From a virus, in IMG/VR virus record IMGVR_UViG_3300048592_000962, positions 95,873 through 159,872 of that record: DNA of 64,000 nt; one strand, 5' to 3'. This document shows, piece after piece, positions 1 through 9,613 of the stretch. How positions within the stretch are numbered: the stretch's first letter is position 1; the number at the start of each line of letters is the position of its first letter. The position numbers were made by a program, and so were the translations under genes. The notes under the pieces are model-generated. The model searched no databases, was not told the DNA's origin, and saw nothing but the letters and a program-made list of their open reading frames with translations.

Positions 1-13
1 CATCTCGGCGCTG

Positions 14-976
14 ATGAAGCTGAACAGGGTCACTGTTGAGCTTCGGTTCAAGGGGTCGCTAAAGCAGGCCGTCCGCGCGGGGTCGATGCCGCCGAATCCG
101 ATGTCCGCGCCAGATCGGGTGCTCACGGAAGTGCGAGATCTGCCGACGGACTACCGACTCAACGCAGAGACGGTTCAAATCTTCGACTCTGCCATCGACC
201 AGGCTGCTGCTTTTGTGAACCACGGAATCTCGCTCTTCGCGAGTTTGATTGGCGCACTTTTCGCGCAGATCAACGTTCTGTCGAAGACGAACTCCTACGT
301 CAAGGTCGCGTACGCGCAGGCGCAAACCGTCAACGGTCGACTCGGCGCGGGCAGTGCGGCGGTCGATTCGGCCGCGCAGGTCGATGCGCAAATGCGGGCA
401 GCTGCAAAGGCTCAACTGGAGAACACGAACCACTATCTCGCGCTCAGAACCGTGCAGGACCTCCGGCGCCAGCTCGCACGTCTGATCCAAGAGGTGTCCG
501 GCGCGGATGCGTACCTGACACAGACCGTCGCTGGACTTCAGCAGCTTGCGGTGGCTGCTCGTGACTCGGACGTCTTGATCCGAAAGGGTCTCGACGAGGC
601 CATCGCGCGAGCGCGGACCCATTCGAAGATGCACGCGAGCGTGCGTCGGTCCATGGAGTGCGCCGCAATCCGCAAGGCCCGGCGTGAGCAGGAAACGTAT
701 CCGGAGCGCCTCGCGGTGATGGCAGAGACGCTGGCCGCAGGAGCTGTCGCGTGGGCGGCGAAACGGCCGCAAGCCGACGCGGCGCTGGCCACGTACCGGG
801 CACTGGATGCGTATCTGCAAGAGGTGGAGAGGCAGATCCCTCTGGCTTGGTGGGCAAAGCCGCTGGGGCCACTTCCGGTCTGGGGGTGGGGCGCAGTCGG
901 CGTTGCCACCTTCTTCGGTGGCGCTGTGATGGTGCGAAGGTCTCGAAAGCGGAAGCAACTTTCCGCGAAGACGTGA
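14..976 (+). CDS. Helical protein with C-terminal TM segment and basic tail (may be 5'-truncated by the window edge)
   Basis: Long ORF; ends VWGWGAVGVATFFGGAVMV-RRSRKRK. Confidence 0.7.
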   Translation: MKLNRVTVELRFKGSLKQAVRAGSMPPNPMSAPDRVLTEVRDLPTDYRLNAETVQIFDSAIDQAAAFVNHGISLFASLIGALFAQINVLSKTNSYVKVAYAQAQTVNGRLGAGSAAVDSAAQVDAQMRAAAKAQLENTNHYLALRTVQDLRRQLARLIQEVSGADAYLTQTVAGLQQLAVAARDSDVLIRKGLDEAIARARTHSKMHASVRRSMECAAIRKARREQETYPERLAVMAETLAAGAVAWAAKRPQADAALATYRALDAYLQEVERQIPLAWWAKPLGPLPVWGWGAVGVATFFGGAVMVRRSRKRKQLSAKT

Positions 977-986
977 GGAGAAACCC

Positions 987-1517
987 GTGTCGTACGCTCT
1001 CTACGGACTTGGCGCGGCTGTCGCGCCGACACCTCGCGTTGCGCCTGGCATGCAGCGCGGCTCGTTCACCATCCGCGTGATGCATCCATCGCGGACGCCC
1101 GTGCAGCGACGACCGATCGTGGTCGAGCTGAAGAGAAACGGCGTGGTCGTCGAGAAGAAGCCCTTGCCGGCAACGGGTGGGCGAGTCGTGCTGAGCATGC
1201 CGCGCGAGCCGGGGACGTACGAGTACGCGGTGATCGAGACGACGACTCGCAAGGTTCTGACGACTGGCGCCGTCAACTTCTACGCGTCGCACCTCACGCA
1301 ACACAAAGAGAAGGACGTGTTCCTCCCGACGAACATCGCCTATACGCGCACTGACAGAAAACGTCGTCGAAAGGCGCGCAGAGAAGCGCGTCGCGACCGG
1401 CGCGACCGCAGACGAGGTGTCGGCGGGCTCGGTGATGCAAACGGACTGACGTGGCAGACTGCCGCCCTCGGAGCTGCAATCGGGTTCGGCGTCTGGTGGG
1501 CGATCAAACAGAACTGA
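987..1517 (+). CDS. Putative virion membrane protein with GLG motifs and C-terminal TM
   Basis: GAGGAG SD; MSYALYGLG start; Arg-rich tract, then GLGDANG and TM WQTAALGAAIGFGVWWAI. Confidence 0.7.
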   Translation: MSYALYGLGAAVAPTPRVAPGMQRGSFTIRVMHPSRTPVQRRPIVVELKRNGVVVEKKPLPATGGRVVLSMPREPGTYEYAVIETTTRKVLTTGAVNFYASHLTQHKEKDVFLPTNIAYTRTDRKRRRKARREARRDRRDRRRGVGGLGDANGLTWQTAALGAAIGFGVWWAIKQN

Positions 1518-1526
1518 GGTGACACC

Positions 1527-1907
1527 GTGAAGTCGATCGAGTTCAAGAGAGGTCGCGTTGCGATCCGAGGCCACCACAACGACAGCACCTACGTCGAGGT
1601 GAAGTGGGACGGGGACAAGTACAAGCTACTGATTGACGCTGGATCTGGCGACAGAATCCACGTCGCTCGTGACGGAGACATTGTCTTCGTGATGAGCTAC
1701 AGCGTCGGCATGGACCACATCAGCGTGATGGAGTTCAACATGCGAAAGATCATGCTCGTCAAGGAGGCCGAAGAGGCCGTGTACGCAGGAGACGACGTGG
1801 TCTGGCTGCAATCAGCGTCCGAGGAACTCATGGACCACTTGCGCAAGCCGTGGCACGAGTACACCGATCAGAACCTACTGCGATCGCTGCTCAACCTCTA
1901 CGGCTGA
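1527..1907 (+). CDS. Hypothetical protein
   Basis: GAGGTG SD, GTG start, TGA/ATG overlap with next gene. Confidence 0.65.
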   Translation: MKSIEFKRGRVAIRGHHNDSTYVEVKWDGDKYKLLIDAGSGDRIHVARDGDIVFVMSYSVGMDHISVMEFNMRKIMLVKEAEEAVYAGDDVVWLQSASEELMDHLRKPWHEYTDQNLLRSLLNLYG

Positions 1908-2248
1908 TGGACCAAGCGCTGCACAGCGAATTCGATCGCGTCATCAACATGACGGCGCGGCAAATTCGTGCGTGGCACAGGGACCCCTTGAGCAAGACCG
2001 CGTCCTTGGCTCACATACGAGCCGAGCTGCCGCTTCTGGCGCGCATGAAGGAGACGCCCGCGTCTCGCTGGACCCCTGCGATGTGGGACAAGGCGCTGCG
2101 GGCGATCAACTTCGTGAAACGACACGAAGCGCAGATGAAGGTGCAGGGGCAGAGGTACGGCACGGGTCGCTACCACTACACGCCGAAGCGTGTCGTCGCT
2201 CTGCTCAACTGGGGTCGCATTCCTCCTGGTGTGAAGCTGGATTTCTGA
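1907..2248 (+). CDS. DUF3140-like protein
   Basis: F..VINMT...IRAW, F.KRH..Q and LLNWG..P motifs; ATG overlaps upstream TGA. Confidence 0.6.
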   Translation: MDQALHSEFDRVINMTARQIRAWHRDPLSKTASLAHIRAELPLLARMKETPASRWTPAMWDKALRAINFVKRHEAQMKVQGQRYGTGRYHYTPKRVVALLNWGRIPPGVKLDF

Positions 2249-2475
2249 GGACCGTATGAGCTACTCCGGACCCGTTCAGAGTACCGACAGCATCTGCTTT
2301 CCTCGTGATGCGCTTCTTCGGATCCAGCCGCGAGCAGCCGGGCCCATGCGGACACTGATCACAACCTCCGGCCCCGCGCACGAGGTCCCCGTGCCCCTGG
2401 ACCGTGGGCTCCTCGTCATCGATCCTCGATTCGATCGCTTGCCCGTCGGACCCGGCTGGGAGCCTAGGTTCTGAC

Positions 2476-3390
2476 GTGACCGACACGTACGACATCGCGA
2501 AGGAGTTCAACGGCGCCTGGTCGTCGCTGCCTCAAGGGGCAGCCATCCACGTGCTCCGGTCGCGCTACGACCGAATCCTTCGCCACGTCGAGCCGAAGAT
2601 GCTGCCTCCGCTGGAGCGCCTCGAATCCGCGCTGCTCGGCACGGGCGGCATGGGCACGGTCTTCGGACTCACGCGCGCGTCGGAGCTGAGCGGATGGGTG
2701 CTCAAGCTGACGGTCGACCCTGGGGAGGCGGCCGTAGCTGCGCTCATCTGCCAGGCGCCCGAGAGAGAGATTCCAGGGCTCGTCCCCGTGCATCAGGTCC
2801 TCGACCTGGACATCGACGTGATCGACAGCGCGATGGACCCTGAGGACCCTCCTAGGTCCCGCGTGTTCGCCATCTGGCGAAGGCTCGTCGTTCCCGTCTA
2901 CGACTTCACCGACAAGGTGATGGAGGACGACTTGATGACGTACGAGCCCCTCGCCAGCGCCGCGATGGAGTACGCCGAGTACGTCAACATGAAAGCGGAG
3001 TCCGCGTGCGACGCCTTCGCTCGTACAGCGCCGACCGTCACAGAAAAGTACGTGCAAAATCCGTCGTGGATAGCACACGTTGACCGCCTACTGCGCGACG
3101 AGGCTGACGATGACGACGACTTCGGGAAGGCCGGCAACTCGCTCGCGGTGCACCTGGCGACCTACATCAGAGCGTTGCTGCAAGCGGATTCGTACGGCGT
3201 TCCTACGCTTGGAGAGCAGCTGCTGTCATTTCTGGAGCGCTACGACATCGTGCTCTGTGACATTGCGGCGAGAAATGTTGGGCTGATGTTTCGCACAGAG
3301 AGATCGAAGCCCCAGCTTGCGATCTACGACTTCGGCGTGCCTCGGTTCCTTACGAAAGCGCACGACCAGGTAGTCATCACTCGGGTTTGA
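2476..3390 (+). CDS. Protein kinase-like fold protein
   Basis: LGTGGMGTVF Gly loop, VLKLT, DIAARNVG catalytic loop, YDFG; GTG start inferred. Confidence 0.7.
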   Translation: MTDTYDIAKEFNGAWSSLPQGAAIHVLRSRYDRILRHVEPKMLPPLERLESALLGTGGMGTVFGLTRASELSGWVLKLTVDPGEAAVAALICQAPEREIPGLVPVHQVLDLDIDVIDSAMDPEDPPRSRVFAIWRRLVVPVYDFTDKVMEDDLMTYEPLASAAMEYAEYVNMKAESACDAFARTAPTVTEKYVQNPSWIAHVDRLLRDEADDDDDFGKAGNSLAVHLATYIRALLQADSYGVPTLGEQLLSFLERYDIVLCDIAARNVGLMFRTERSKPQLAIYDFGVPRFLTKAHDQVVITRV

Positions 3391-3739
3391 CGTCGCGACG
3401 CATTGCGTCGACCTTCAGCCACGCTGCCCAAAGGTGGCTCAGCATCTTGCTGACGTTTGGACCCGATCCGCTGGCAAACAGCATCTTCGAGGAGAAGTCC
3501 ATCACTTCTTCCTCGCGATGCATCACCTTGATGATGATCTGTGGGATCGGGCTCACCGTCGCCGCAAACAAAACTGCGGGCCCCAAATGCTCTGCCGCGC
3601 CCGTCGGACTTACTCCGATGATCGTCGCATCCGCTCCGTTGCACTGCTTGCACGAGCAGATCACTCGCACCAGGTCGCGCGCCTCTGGAAAATCCTCCCG
3701 AACACTGCGCTCCACCTCGTCTATCGAGAAGGTGTACAT
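3377..3739 (-). CDS. Hypothetical protein
   Basis: GGAGG SD before ATG 3739. Confidence 0.55.
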   Translation of the reverse strand: MYTFSIDEVERSVREDFPEARDLVRVICSCKQCNGADATIIGVSPTGAAEHLGPAVLFAATVSPIPQIIIKVMHREEEVMDFSSKMLFASGSGPNVSKMLSHLWAAWLKVDAMRRDVKPE

Positions 3740-3755
3740 CTTTCCTCCCTGCGCT

Positions 3756-4316
3756 TTAGCTGCTTGTTCGAGAACAATTGCTACCTCCACCAGACCAAAT
3801 CTCGTCGGGAAGAATCGTTCGGTACCTGACTTCCTTGTCACGTACGCATCTCGCCATCGCCTCAGAACCGTCGCGAACCCACTGCTGTCGTCCCCAGCGG
3901 CGAATCAGCGACTCCACGCGACCAATCTCTCGGGCGCTCATGCCGCTTGCCTCGGCCACCTCGTCCAGTAGATCGGCCATCGGAACTCGGCACTCAAGGT
4001 ATCGTTGGGCAAAACGTCGCTCTACCAACCATGCAGCTGCCTCCAGCCGAAACCTAAGCGACTTGGGAAGCCCGTTGAAGAACACCTCGATATCAAGCGT
4101 GGTCGTCACGAATGGGAGCGTGACTACGTGCGCAAGTTCGTGAAGAAACGGCTCCACGTGCTCGATACGAAACATCGAATCCGGTGCGGTGTCAGATTCT
4201 GCCCAAAGCTCATGGCGAACAGCGTCGGCAAACGCTTGTACTTGCAGCAGCGTGACACCGGTTTGTATGCCGGGTCTCAACGCCTCGAAAGCGAGACCGT
4301 CAACAAGTATCGTCAT
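3756..4316 (-). CDS. Hypothetical protein with HExxH motif
   Basis: FLHELAHVV. Confidence 0.5.
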   Translation of the reverse strand: MTILVDGLAFEALRPGIQTGVTLLQVQAFADAVRHELWAESDTAPDSMFRIEHVEPFLHELAHVVTLPFVTTTLDIEVFFNGLPKSLRFRLEAAAWLVERRFAQRYLECRVPMADLLDEVAEASGMSAREIGRVESLIRRWGRQQWVRDGSEAMARCVRDKEVRYRTILPDEIWSGGGSNCSRTSS

Positions 4317-4998
4317 GATGGACCCACAGAGACGCGATCTTCTCAGAAACTTGTTGGATCGGATACCTTCGAACCGTACGACGTCATGCGTTCTCGTCTC
4401 ATAAACTCGACAATATCATGGAGGAGATGCTCAACGCCGAGCGGTGGGTTCCCAGGAAAAGTTGCCCACCTCCAAAACATGCCGTCCTTCTCGTGCGAGA
4501 CGGCGCGAAACGTTTCGGTCTTCTTCCACAGCAACATGCCGGTTGTACGACGCAGTAGCGCAGTCCATTTGACGTCGCCTTCCCGCTGGCGTTCGACGTA
4601 TAAAATCTCGTACATCACTCGTCTTTCCAGATTGGGCGCTCCGCCGCACGCGCGATCCGACGCAAGATGGTGTGGCCTGCCCGGAGGCCGCGTCCGACGA
4701 ACAACAGAGCCAAGGTCAGCACGCCGCCTGCGCCGCGACGGTAGAGCGGAATGCGTTGCCGACTTAGCCACGCGTGCCGTGCGACCGTGGAAATAAACAT
4801 CGCGAACGTGAGCGCGAGCTTTGCCTCAAAGTACAGTCGCTCGGAGGGCCAAAGTACCCGCAAAGCCCACAGCGTCGACAGGTCAGGAAGCCAGCCCACG
4901 ATGGTCAGCGCTGCTCGGGCCAGCAGCGACGGAAGGTCGAGTCTTCGCTTCGGCGGCGCGGCTCCCACGCTCAGTCGACCATACGGGTCAATCATCGA

Positions 4999-5376
4999 TC
5001 AAAACCCGAAGTAGGACAGCTCGTCGAAGGTCAGCGTGAACACGTGAGCCGGATCGAGGTTGTCGACGATGAGACGAAGGTTGTCCCTCTCGTCGCGATC
5101 CTTCCTGAGCGCGTCGACTTCTCCGCGAACCTGAGCTGCGATGCCCACGTTCATGTTGAAGTCACCTTCGCCCGACCCCGCCCGGATGGTTTCGAGATGC
5201 AGGAGCACGTCCGCTGCCGACGACATCCCTGCCTTCTCGGCTGCCGCCCGAATGCGACCCTCGCGCTCCAAGATCTTGGCGTCGACCTCTGCCAGCATGG
5301 CCTTCGCTCGCGCGATGATCATCTCACCGCTCTTCTCGAACTTCAGGCTCTCGAAACGACACCACGCCTTACGCAT
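4999..5376 (-). CDS. Hypothetical helical protein
   Basis: GAGGGAG SD; coding-like composition. Confidence 0.6.
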   Translation of the reverse strand: MRKAWCRFESLKFEKSGEMIIARAKAMLAEVDAKILEREGRIRAAAEKAGMSSAADVLLHLETIRAGSGEGDFNMNVGIAAQVRGEVDALRKDRDERDNLRLIVDNLDPAHVFTLTFDELSYFGF

Positions 5377-5506
5377 TTGCTCCCTCTTTCCGCGCCCTCT
5401 TGTTGGCGCAATGGATACAGCGCCTACCGCAGGAGGCGCATTGCTCTCGGACCACGCGAGCCGATCGCCCCCATCACGATGGAGAGCGCCGTCTCGGCCA
5501 CTGTCA

Positions 5507-5737
5507 TCACGAACCCAGGCCGAGGCCGCGAAGAACCGCCAACTTGACCGCCGCCTTCAAGGACGGGAGCGACTCTTCCTTCTGAAGCCTCACGAGCGCC
5601 TCGCGGACGTGGTCGGGGATCTTCAATCCCATCGTCTTCCCCTCATCCCGCCACGCCGAAAGCGCGGCCGTGAAGTCCACCGCCTTGCTCGCCTTCAGCT
5701 TCGCTTCCAGCCTCTTCTCGATCTGCCTGAGCATCAT
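5507..5737 (-). CDS. Small hypothetical protein
   Basis: ATG just downstream of a sigma70-like promoter. Confidence 0.5.
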   Translation of the reverse strand: MMLRQIEKRLEAKLKASKAVDFTAALSAWRDEGKTMGLKIPDHVREALVRLQKEESLPSLKAAVKLAVLRGLGLGS

Positions 5738-6108
5738 GGTGCGTCGAACGTACCCTGCGTCAGACACCTCGTCAAGCTCAACTCCCTCCTCGACTCCAGG
5801 CAGGGGCGACTCCCCGGCTTGAACGACCGGCACACACCGGGGCGATGCTCGTAAATCGCGCAGCGAACACGCTTGCCCAAGGACCCCATGAGAGCGGTAC
5901 ACACAACGTAGCCGAGCCTCGTCTCCTTGGTCTTCAGCGACGAGAACCCATGGCGACGAAGAAGCATGCGGGCCGGGATCAGCTTTGCTTCGTGCGGCTC
6001 GACATCGACGTATGTATCGAGATCGTACTCGGAGACGCAGCAGGCGCCGCACTTGACGCAGTCATCTCCGGTGACCTTGCGCGTGTCGATACCGGTTTTC
6101 TTTTCCAC
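5734..6108 (-). CDS. YkgJ-family CxxCxxCC Fe-S/Zn protein
   Basis: CVKCGACC...CTAL...CAIYEHRPGVCRSF. Confidence 0.8.
   Translation of the reverse strand: MEKKTGIDTRKVTGDDCVKCGACCVSEYDLDTYVDVEPHEAKLIPARMLLRRHGFSSLKTKETRLGYVVCTALMGSLGKRVRCAIYEHRPGVCRSFKPGSRPCLESRRELSLTRCLTQGTFDAP
5741..5775 (-). promoter_or_regulatory. Sigma70-like promoter with two operator-like sites
   Basis: TTGACG-17bp-TACGTT; GCGTCGAACGT 5741-5751 and GCGTCAGACAC 5757-5767. Confidence 0.6.
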
Positions 6109-6383
6109 TCAAGAACCCCTCGATGATCGCCCGCCACAGGCCGAGATGAGGGCGTCGATTCTCTGTGAACAGGCTGTCGTCGATGGCGTGCTGACACCTG
6201 ACATCGCCGTTGGTCCAGTACGTCACGATGTAAATCGTGCGATCGGCTCCGCGAGTCTCCGCTGCGTACAAAACGTTCCGCGTCCACGAGCGCTCGCCAT
6301 GCCGAGCCTCGTGCTCCCAGTCGAAAGGAACGAAGTTCCACTCCCTGTACGCGCGGCGAACCTCTGCGAAGTTCGCGTGCAGA

Positions 6384-7001
6384 TCAGGACTCGGTGGGAC
6401 TCTGTACATTCCGCGACGTCGTCGTGTCAGGATGGCTCCACTCGGCCGTAGTCTTCTCGCGAATCAACGGTCGCTGCGAGACCGTGTCGATCTGCTCATA
6501 CGGCACATACAGCGGATGCTCCGGCGATCCTTTCTTCGTCCAACGAAGAACGAACAGCCTCTTGCCGAGGCCGTGCGCGTCGAGCATCAGTTGAACCATC
6601 TCGTCGCGTGGGTGAACGCTCGTCGTATACCGGATCGTGCTTCCGTTTGCGCCCCAGGCCGCAATCGTCATCCCGCAACGACGCGCCGCGGAAACGATGG
6701 CGTTCGTGTTCTCTCGTCCAACGATGTCGACGCCGGACCTGCTGGCGGCCTTCATGGCCGACGGATCCGTCGCCCGATACGCGAACAGGTTCGTGACGAG
6801 GATGCCACCGAACGAAGCCCTGCGCGCGAAGCCCATGCACTTGCGGATCGTGGCGTCGTCGACGAGAGCGTCGGCCGTGCTGGGGTTGAGCATGATCCAG
6901 CCGAGCACGGGGAGCGCCGGATCCCAGACGCGCGCCAGCTCGTACCGGTACAGGCCGCAATCAGAAATCGTTGCGGCGCGAACTACGACAGGGTCGGTCA
7001 C
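6384..7001 (-). CDS. DUF1643 protein
   Basis: YRYELARVW, IMLNPSTAD..DDATIRKC, NLFAYRATDP, AWG, HPLY. Confidence 0.85.
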   Translation of the reverse strand: MTDPVVVRAATISDCGLYRYELARVWDPALPVLGWIMLNPSTADALVDDATIRKCMGFARRASFGGILVTNLFAYRATDPSAMKAASRSGVDIVGRENTNAIVSAARRCGMTIAAWGANGSTIRYTTSVHPRDEMVQLMLDAHGLGKRLFVLRWTKKGSPEHPLYVPYEQIDTVSQRPLIREKTTAEWSHPDTTTSRNVQSPTES

Positions 7002-7080
7002 CGGCCACGCTCCCCTCGAATCCGCGACCGACCAATCGGATAGCAGAGCAGCCCCAGCACCGCGAACAAGTACGTGTACC

Positions 7081-7341
7081 TCAACTCGAACCCTCCTCGA
7101 CGACAGCCGGCTCCATCAGCCGGCGCACGTCCTCTGGCCGCACCATCCACCGAGCACGGCTGTTGACCCACCGGCGCACCGCGGGGAGCCTGCCGCTGTC
7201 GATCCACCGTCGTACCGTGCGCGGCTTCAGGCCGAACTTCTTCGCAACCGTCGTCGTCGACACCATGTCGGGGATGGCCGCGCTCACGTTGGGCTCGACG
7301 GGATCCCATCCATGGCCGCACTTCGGGCACTCGATCTTCAT
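7081..7341 (-). CDS. Zn-ribbon plus excisionase-like HTH protein
   Basis: CPKCGH; VAKKFGLKPRTVRRWIDSGRLPA. Confidence 0.7.
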   Translation of the reverse strand: MKIECPKCGHGWDPVEPNVSAAIPDMVSTTTVAKKFGLKPRTVRRWIDSGRLPAVRRWVNSRARWMVRPEDVRRLMEPAVVEEGSS

Positions 7342-7369
7342 CTGGTCAGTGTACCTCAGCGACGATCGA

Positions 7370-8251
7370 CTACTCCTCGTCCTTCACGTGCTCCGAGACG
7401 CCGTCCGCGCCCAACGAGCGCCAATCGGGCCACCGGCGCTCGCGGTTGATCTTGTGCTTCTCCAGCATCTTCAGGACGATCGCTTCGCCATCCGCTCCTG
7501 CGGAGCGCCATGCGCCATCCATCGCGAGGAAGATCACATCGACCCACTCAGTCAGGTCCGAGGGGTTAGCTTCGATCTCCTTCAGCTCCCGCCGAATGTG
7601 CTCGATCACTCCGCTGTACCGATCACCAGGGCCGAACGTCTCGCGCGACCAGTCCGCCTTGTCGTTGAAAAACGAGATGAAGCAGAACCCAGGCTGATCG
7701 TGCTCTTGAATCTCCACGACGTGCCCGACGTAAGAAGGATCCAGGATTCCAGTCCAAACCTTCGACGCCCACGGGCGGTCCTGAATGCCCATCTTGACGG
7801 CAATGCTCCGCGTGCGGGCAAACGCGTTGCTGAACGTCATGCCGTCGAACGACCATACGAACCGAAGACCGGGCGTCTTCGTGTCCTGGTCGAGCGACGC
7901 CAAGACAGAGGGCGTGGCACGCGCGAGACCAGATCCCTTGAACCAGCCGAACGCGTCCTCGGAAACCTCGACCTCGAACACCTTGTCCGCAGCCGTGTCA
8001 AGACCTGGGATGCAAAGATCTCGCGCAGACTGTTTCGCGGCTTCACGCTCTTCGGGCAGAAGAAAGTTGGCCACAGATGGCGCGCACTCCGCAAAAGAGT
8101 ACGAGTTGGTCATGCGCTCTGCGAAGAGCGGGCCGGGTACGCGCGCTCGCGTTTTGCTGCGCTGCATCTCCGCCGCAAGCCACGAAAGTGTGATCGGGTT
8201 GGGCGGAGTGATCGGATAGGCAAGAATGCCCACGAGCCATCGAGACCCCAT
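7370..8251 (-). CDS. Protein with C-terminal DUF550 (dATP/dGTP diphosphohydrolase, MazZ-like) domain
   Basis: WSRETFGPG..GVIEHIRRELKEIEANP.DL.EWVDVIFLAMDGAWR. Confidence 0.75.
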   Translation of the reverse strand: MGSRWLVGILAYPITPPNPITLSWLAAEMQRSKTRARVPGPLFAERMTNSYSFAECAPSVANFLLPEEREAAKQSARDLCIPGLDTAADKVFEVEVSEDAFGWFKGSGLARATPSVLASLDQDTKTPGLRFVWSFDGMTFSNAFARTRSIAVKMGIQDRPWASKVWTGILDPSYVGHVVEIQEHDQPGFCFISFFNDKADWSRETFGPGDRYSGVIEHIRRELKEIEANPSDLTEWVDVIFLAMDGAWRSAGADGEAIVLKMLEKHKINRERRWPDWRSLGADGVSEHVKDEE

Positions 8252-8254
8252 GCG

Positions 8255-8857
8255 TCAGCTCCCCTTCCTGACGAGTGTGCACTTGTGCGCATCCTCGCTG
8301 AACTCGAAACCCGTATCGTTCGCCCGAAGCTTCAGCGACCGCATGCCGTTTGACCACTTGTGCTCCCCGATGACCGTCGCATCGCGCTGCTCGGGCCCAA
8401 GCGCGTCGCAGGAGACGATGTCGCCGATCTCGATTGCATAGACCTGGTGCTCTTGCACATCTGCGACGCCCCAGAACTTCGGTTCGAAACCGATCTCCTT
8501 GGTCCACTGAGCGAACAGCTCCACGATGCGGTCGTCCAGGGTCTTCTCTTGCTCCTTGGTCACTTCGGAGAACATGCCGTCCACGAGGTCTCCGTATTCG
8601 TCCGCAAGATCGTCGACGATTCCTTCGAGGATGCGAAGACCCCAGCCGCGAGCGAGATTGTCGACAACAATCGGAACTTGAACCCCAGTCCACACCGTGC
8701 CCTCGACGACGTCATGCTCCTGACGCGCGTCGGCAAGTGCGTCTTCTCGGGTCTTGCACCCGTTGTCGACGAATCGCTCTTCATCGGTGGACCAAACGTA
8801 GATCACTTCGCTCATCGCTTCCTCCGTTACAACGCGCCCCTCGCCACGAATCACCAC
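8255..8857 (-). CDS. Hypothetical phage protein
   Basis: Acidic ORF in the minus-strand gene run; true start probably MSEV. Confidence 0.55.
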   Translation of the reverse strand: MVIRGEGRVVTEEAMSEVIYVWSTDEERFVDNGCKTREDALADARQEHDVVEGTVWTGVQVPIVVDNLARGWGLRILEGIVDDLADEYGDLVDGMFSEVTKEQEKTLDDRIVELFAQWTKEIGFEPKFWGVADVQEHQVYAIEIGDIVSCDALGPEQRDATVIGEHKWSNGMRSLKLRANDTGFEFSEDAHKCTLVRKGS

Positions 8858-9124
8858 TCGCGCCCGCGAGCGCGCTCCAACGCATCCTGAAGCTCGCGAG
8901 CCGCCGCTTCCTCGCGCTGCTGCCGCTCTTCGAGGGCCACGTCGTACTCTTTCACGTCCTCCAAGTCGGCGTGCTTCCGATGGTAGTCGCGAACGACGGT
9001 CAGAAGCTCACGCTCGGCGGCCATGCGTGCGGTCGTTGCGTACGTCAGGCGCTGGGAAGCGACCAAGGCCTCGGCCGCTGCGACGGCACGACGGGCACCC
9101 CTCATCGTCCACAGAATGAAGTCC

Positions 9125-9613
9125 TCACCACGAAACATGTTCGCTCCGCGGACGGCCGAAGGCGGAGATCATGCGGTCGCCGCGAATGAACTCGCGGATC
9201 AATCGAATCTCCCGAGCCGCCGACTCGACCGAGTCTGACCCATGCACCGCGTTCCGCATCAGCGGCCCCTTGTGGTCCCCGAACATGCAGCGGAGCGTGT
9301 GCATCGGCGCCTTCTGCGGATCCGTTGGCCCCATCAACTCCCGCCACGACGCCACCACATTGGGGCCCGACATCACGACTGAGTAGATGATGTCCGAAGA
9401 CATGAACGCCTTGAGGTCCTCGAAAAACGGCTTGCCAGCGTGTTCCGAGTAAAAGACGTCGACCGCCACCGGCGTCCATCTGCCGGCGTGCACCGAGATG
9501 ATGGTGTGCTTGGAAGCGATGATTCGCAAGATCTCGGGAGCGAACCCCGAACGAACCGCATCCGGCTTGATCAGCGCCAACGTCAGCTCTGCTTCTTCAC
9601 CCATTGCCATCAC
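9125..9613 (-). CDS. ndk: Nucleoside diphosphate kinase
   Basis: LIKPDAV, YSEHAGKPFF, WRELMGPTDP, NAVHGSDS (catalytic His), AAREI. Confidence 0.95.
   Translation of the reverse strand: MMAMGEEAELTLALIKPDAVRSGFAPEILRIIASKHTIISVHAGRWTPVAVDVFYSEHAGKPFFEDLKAFMSSDIIYSVVMSGPNVVASWRELMGPTDPQKAPMHTLRCMFGDHKGPLMRNAVHGSDSVESAAREIRLIREFIRGDRMISAFGRPRSEHVSW

Noticed and set aside
6971-8353. Long antisense or alternative-frame ORFs (also 18810-19925, 47103-48623, 59452-60840)
   Set aside because: Shadow ORFs expected in high-GC DNA, overlapping better-supported genes and Arg/Pro-rich.
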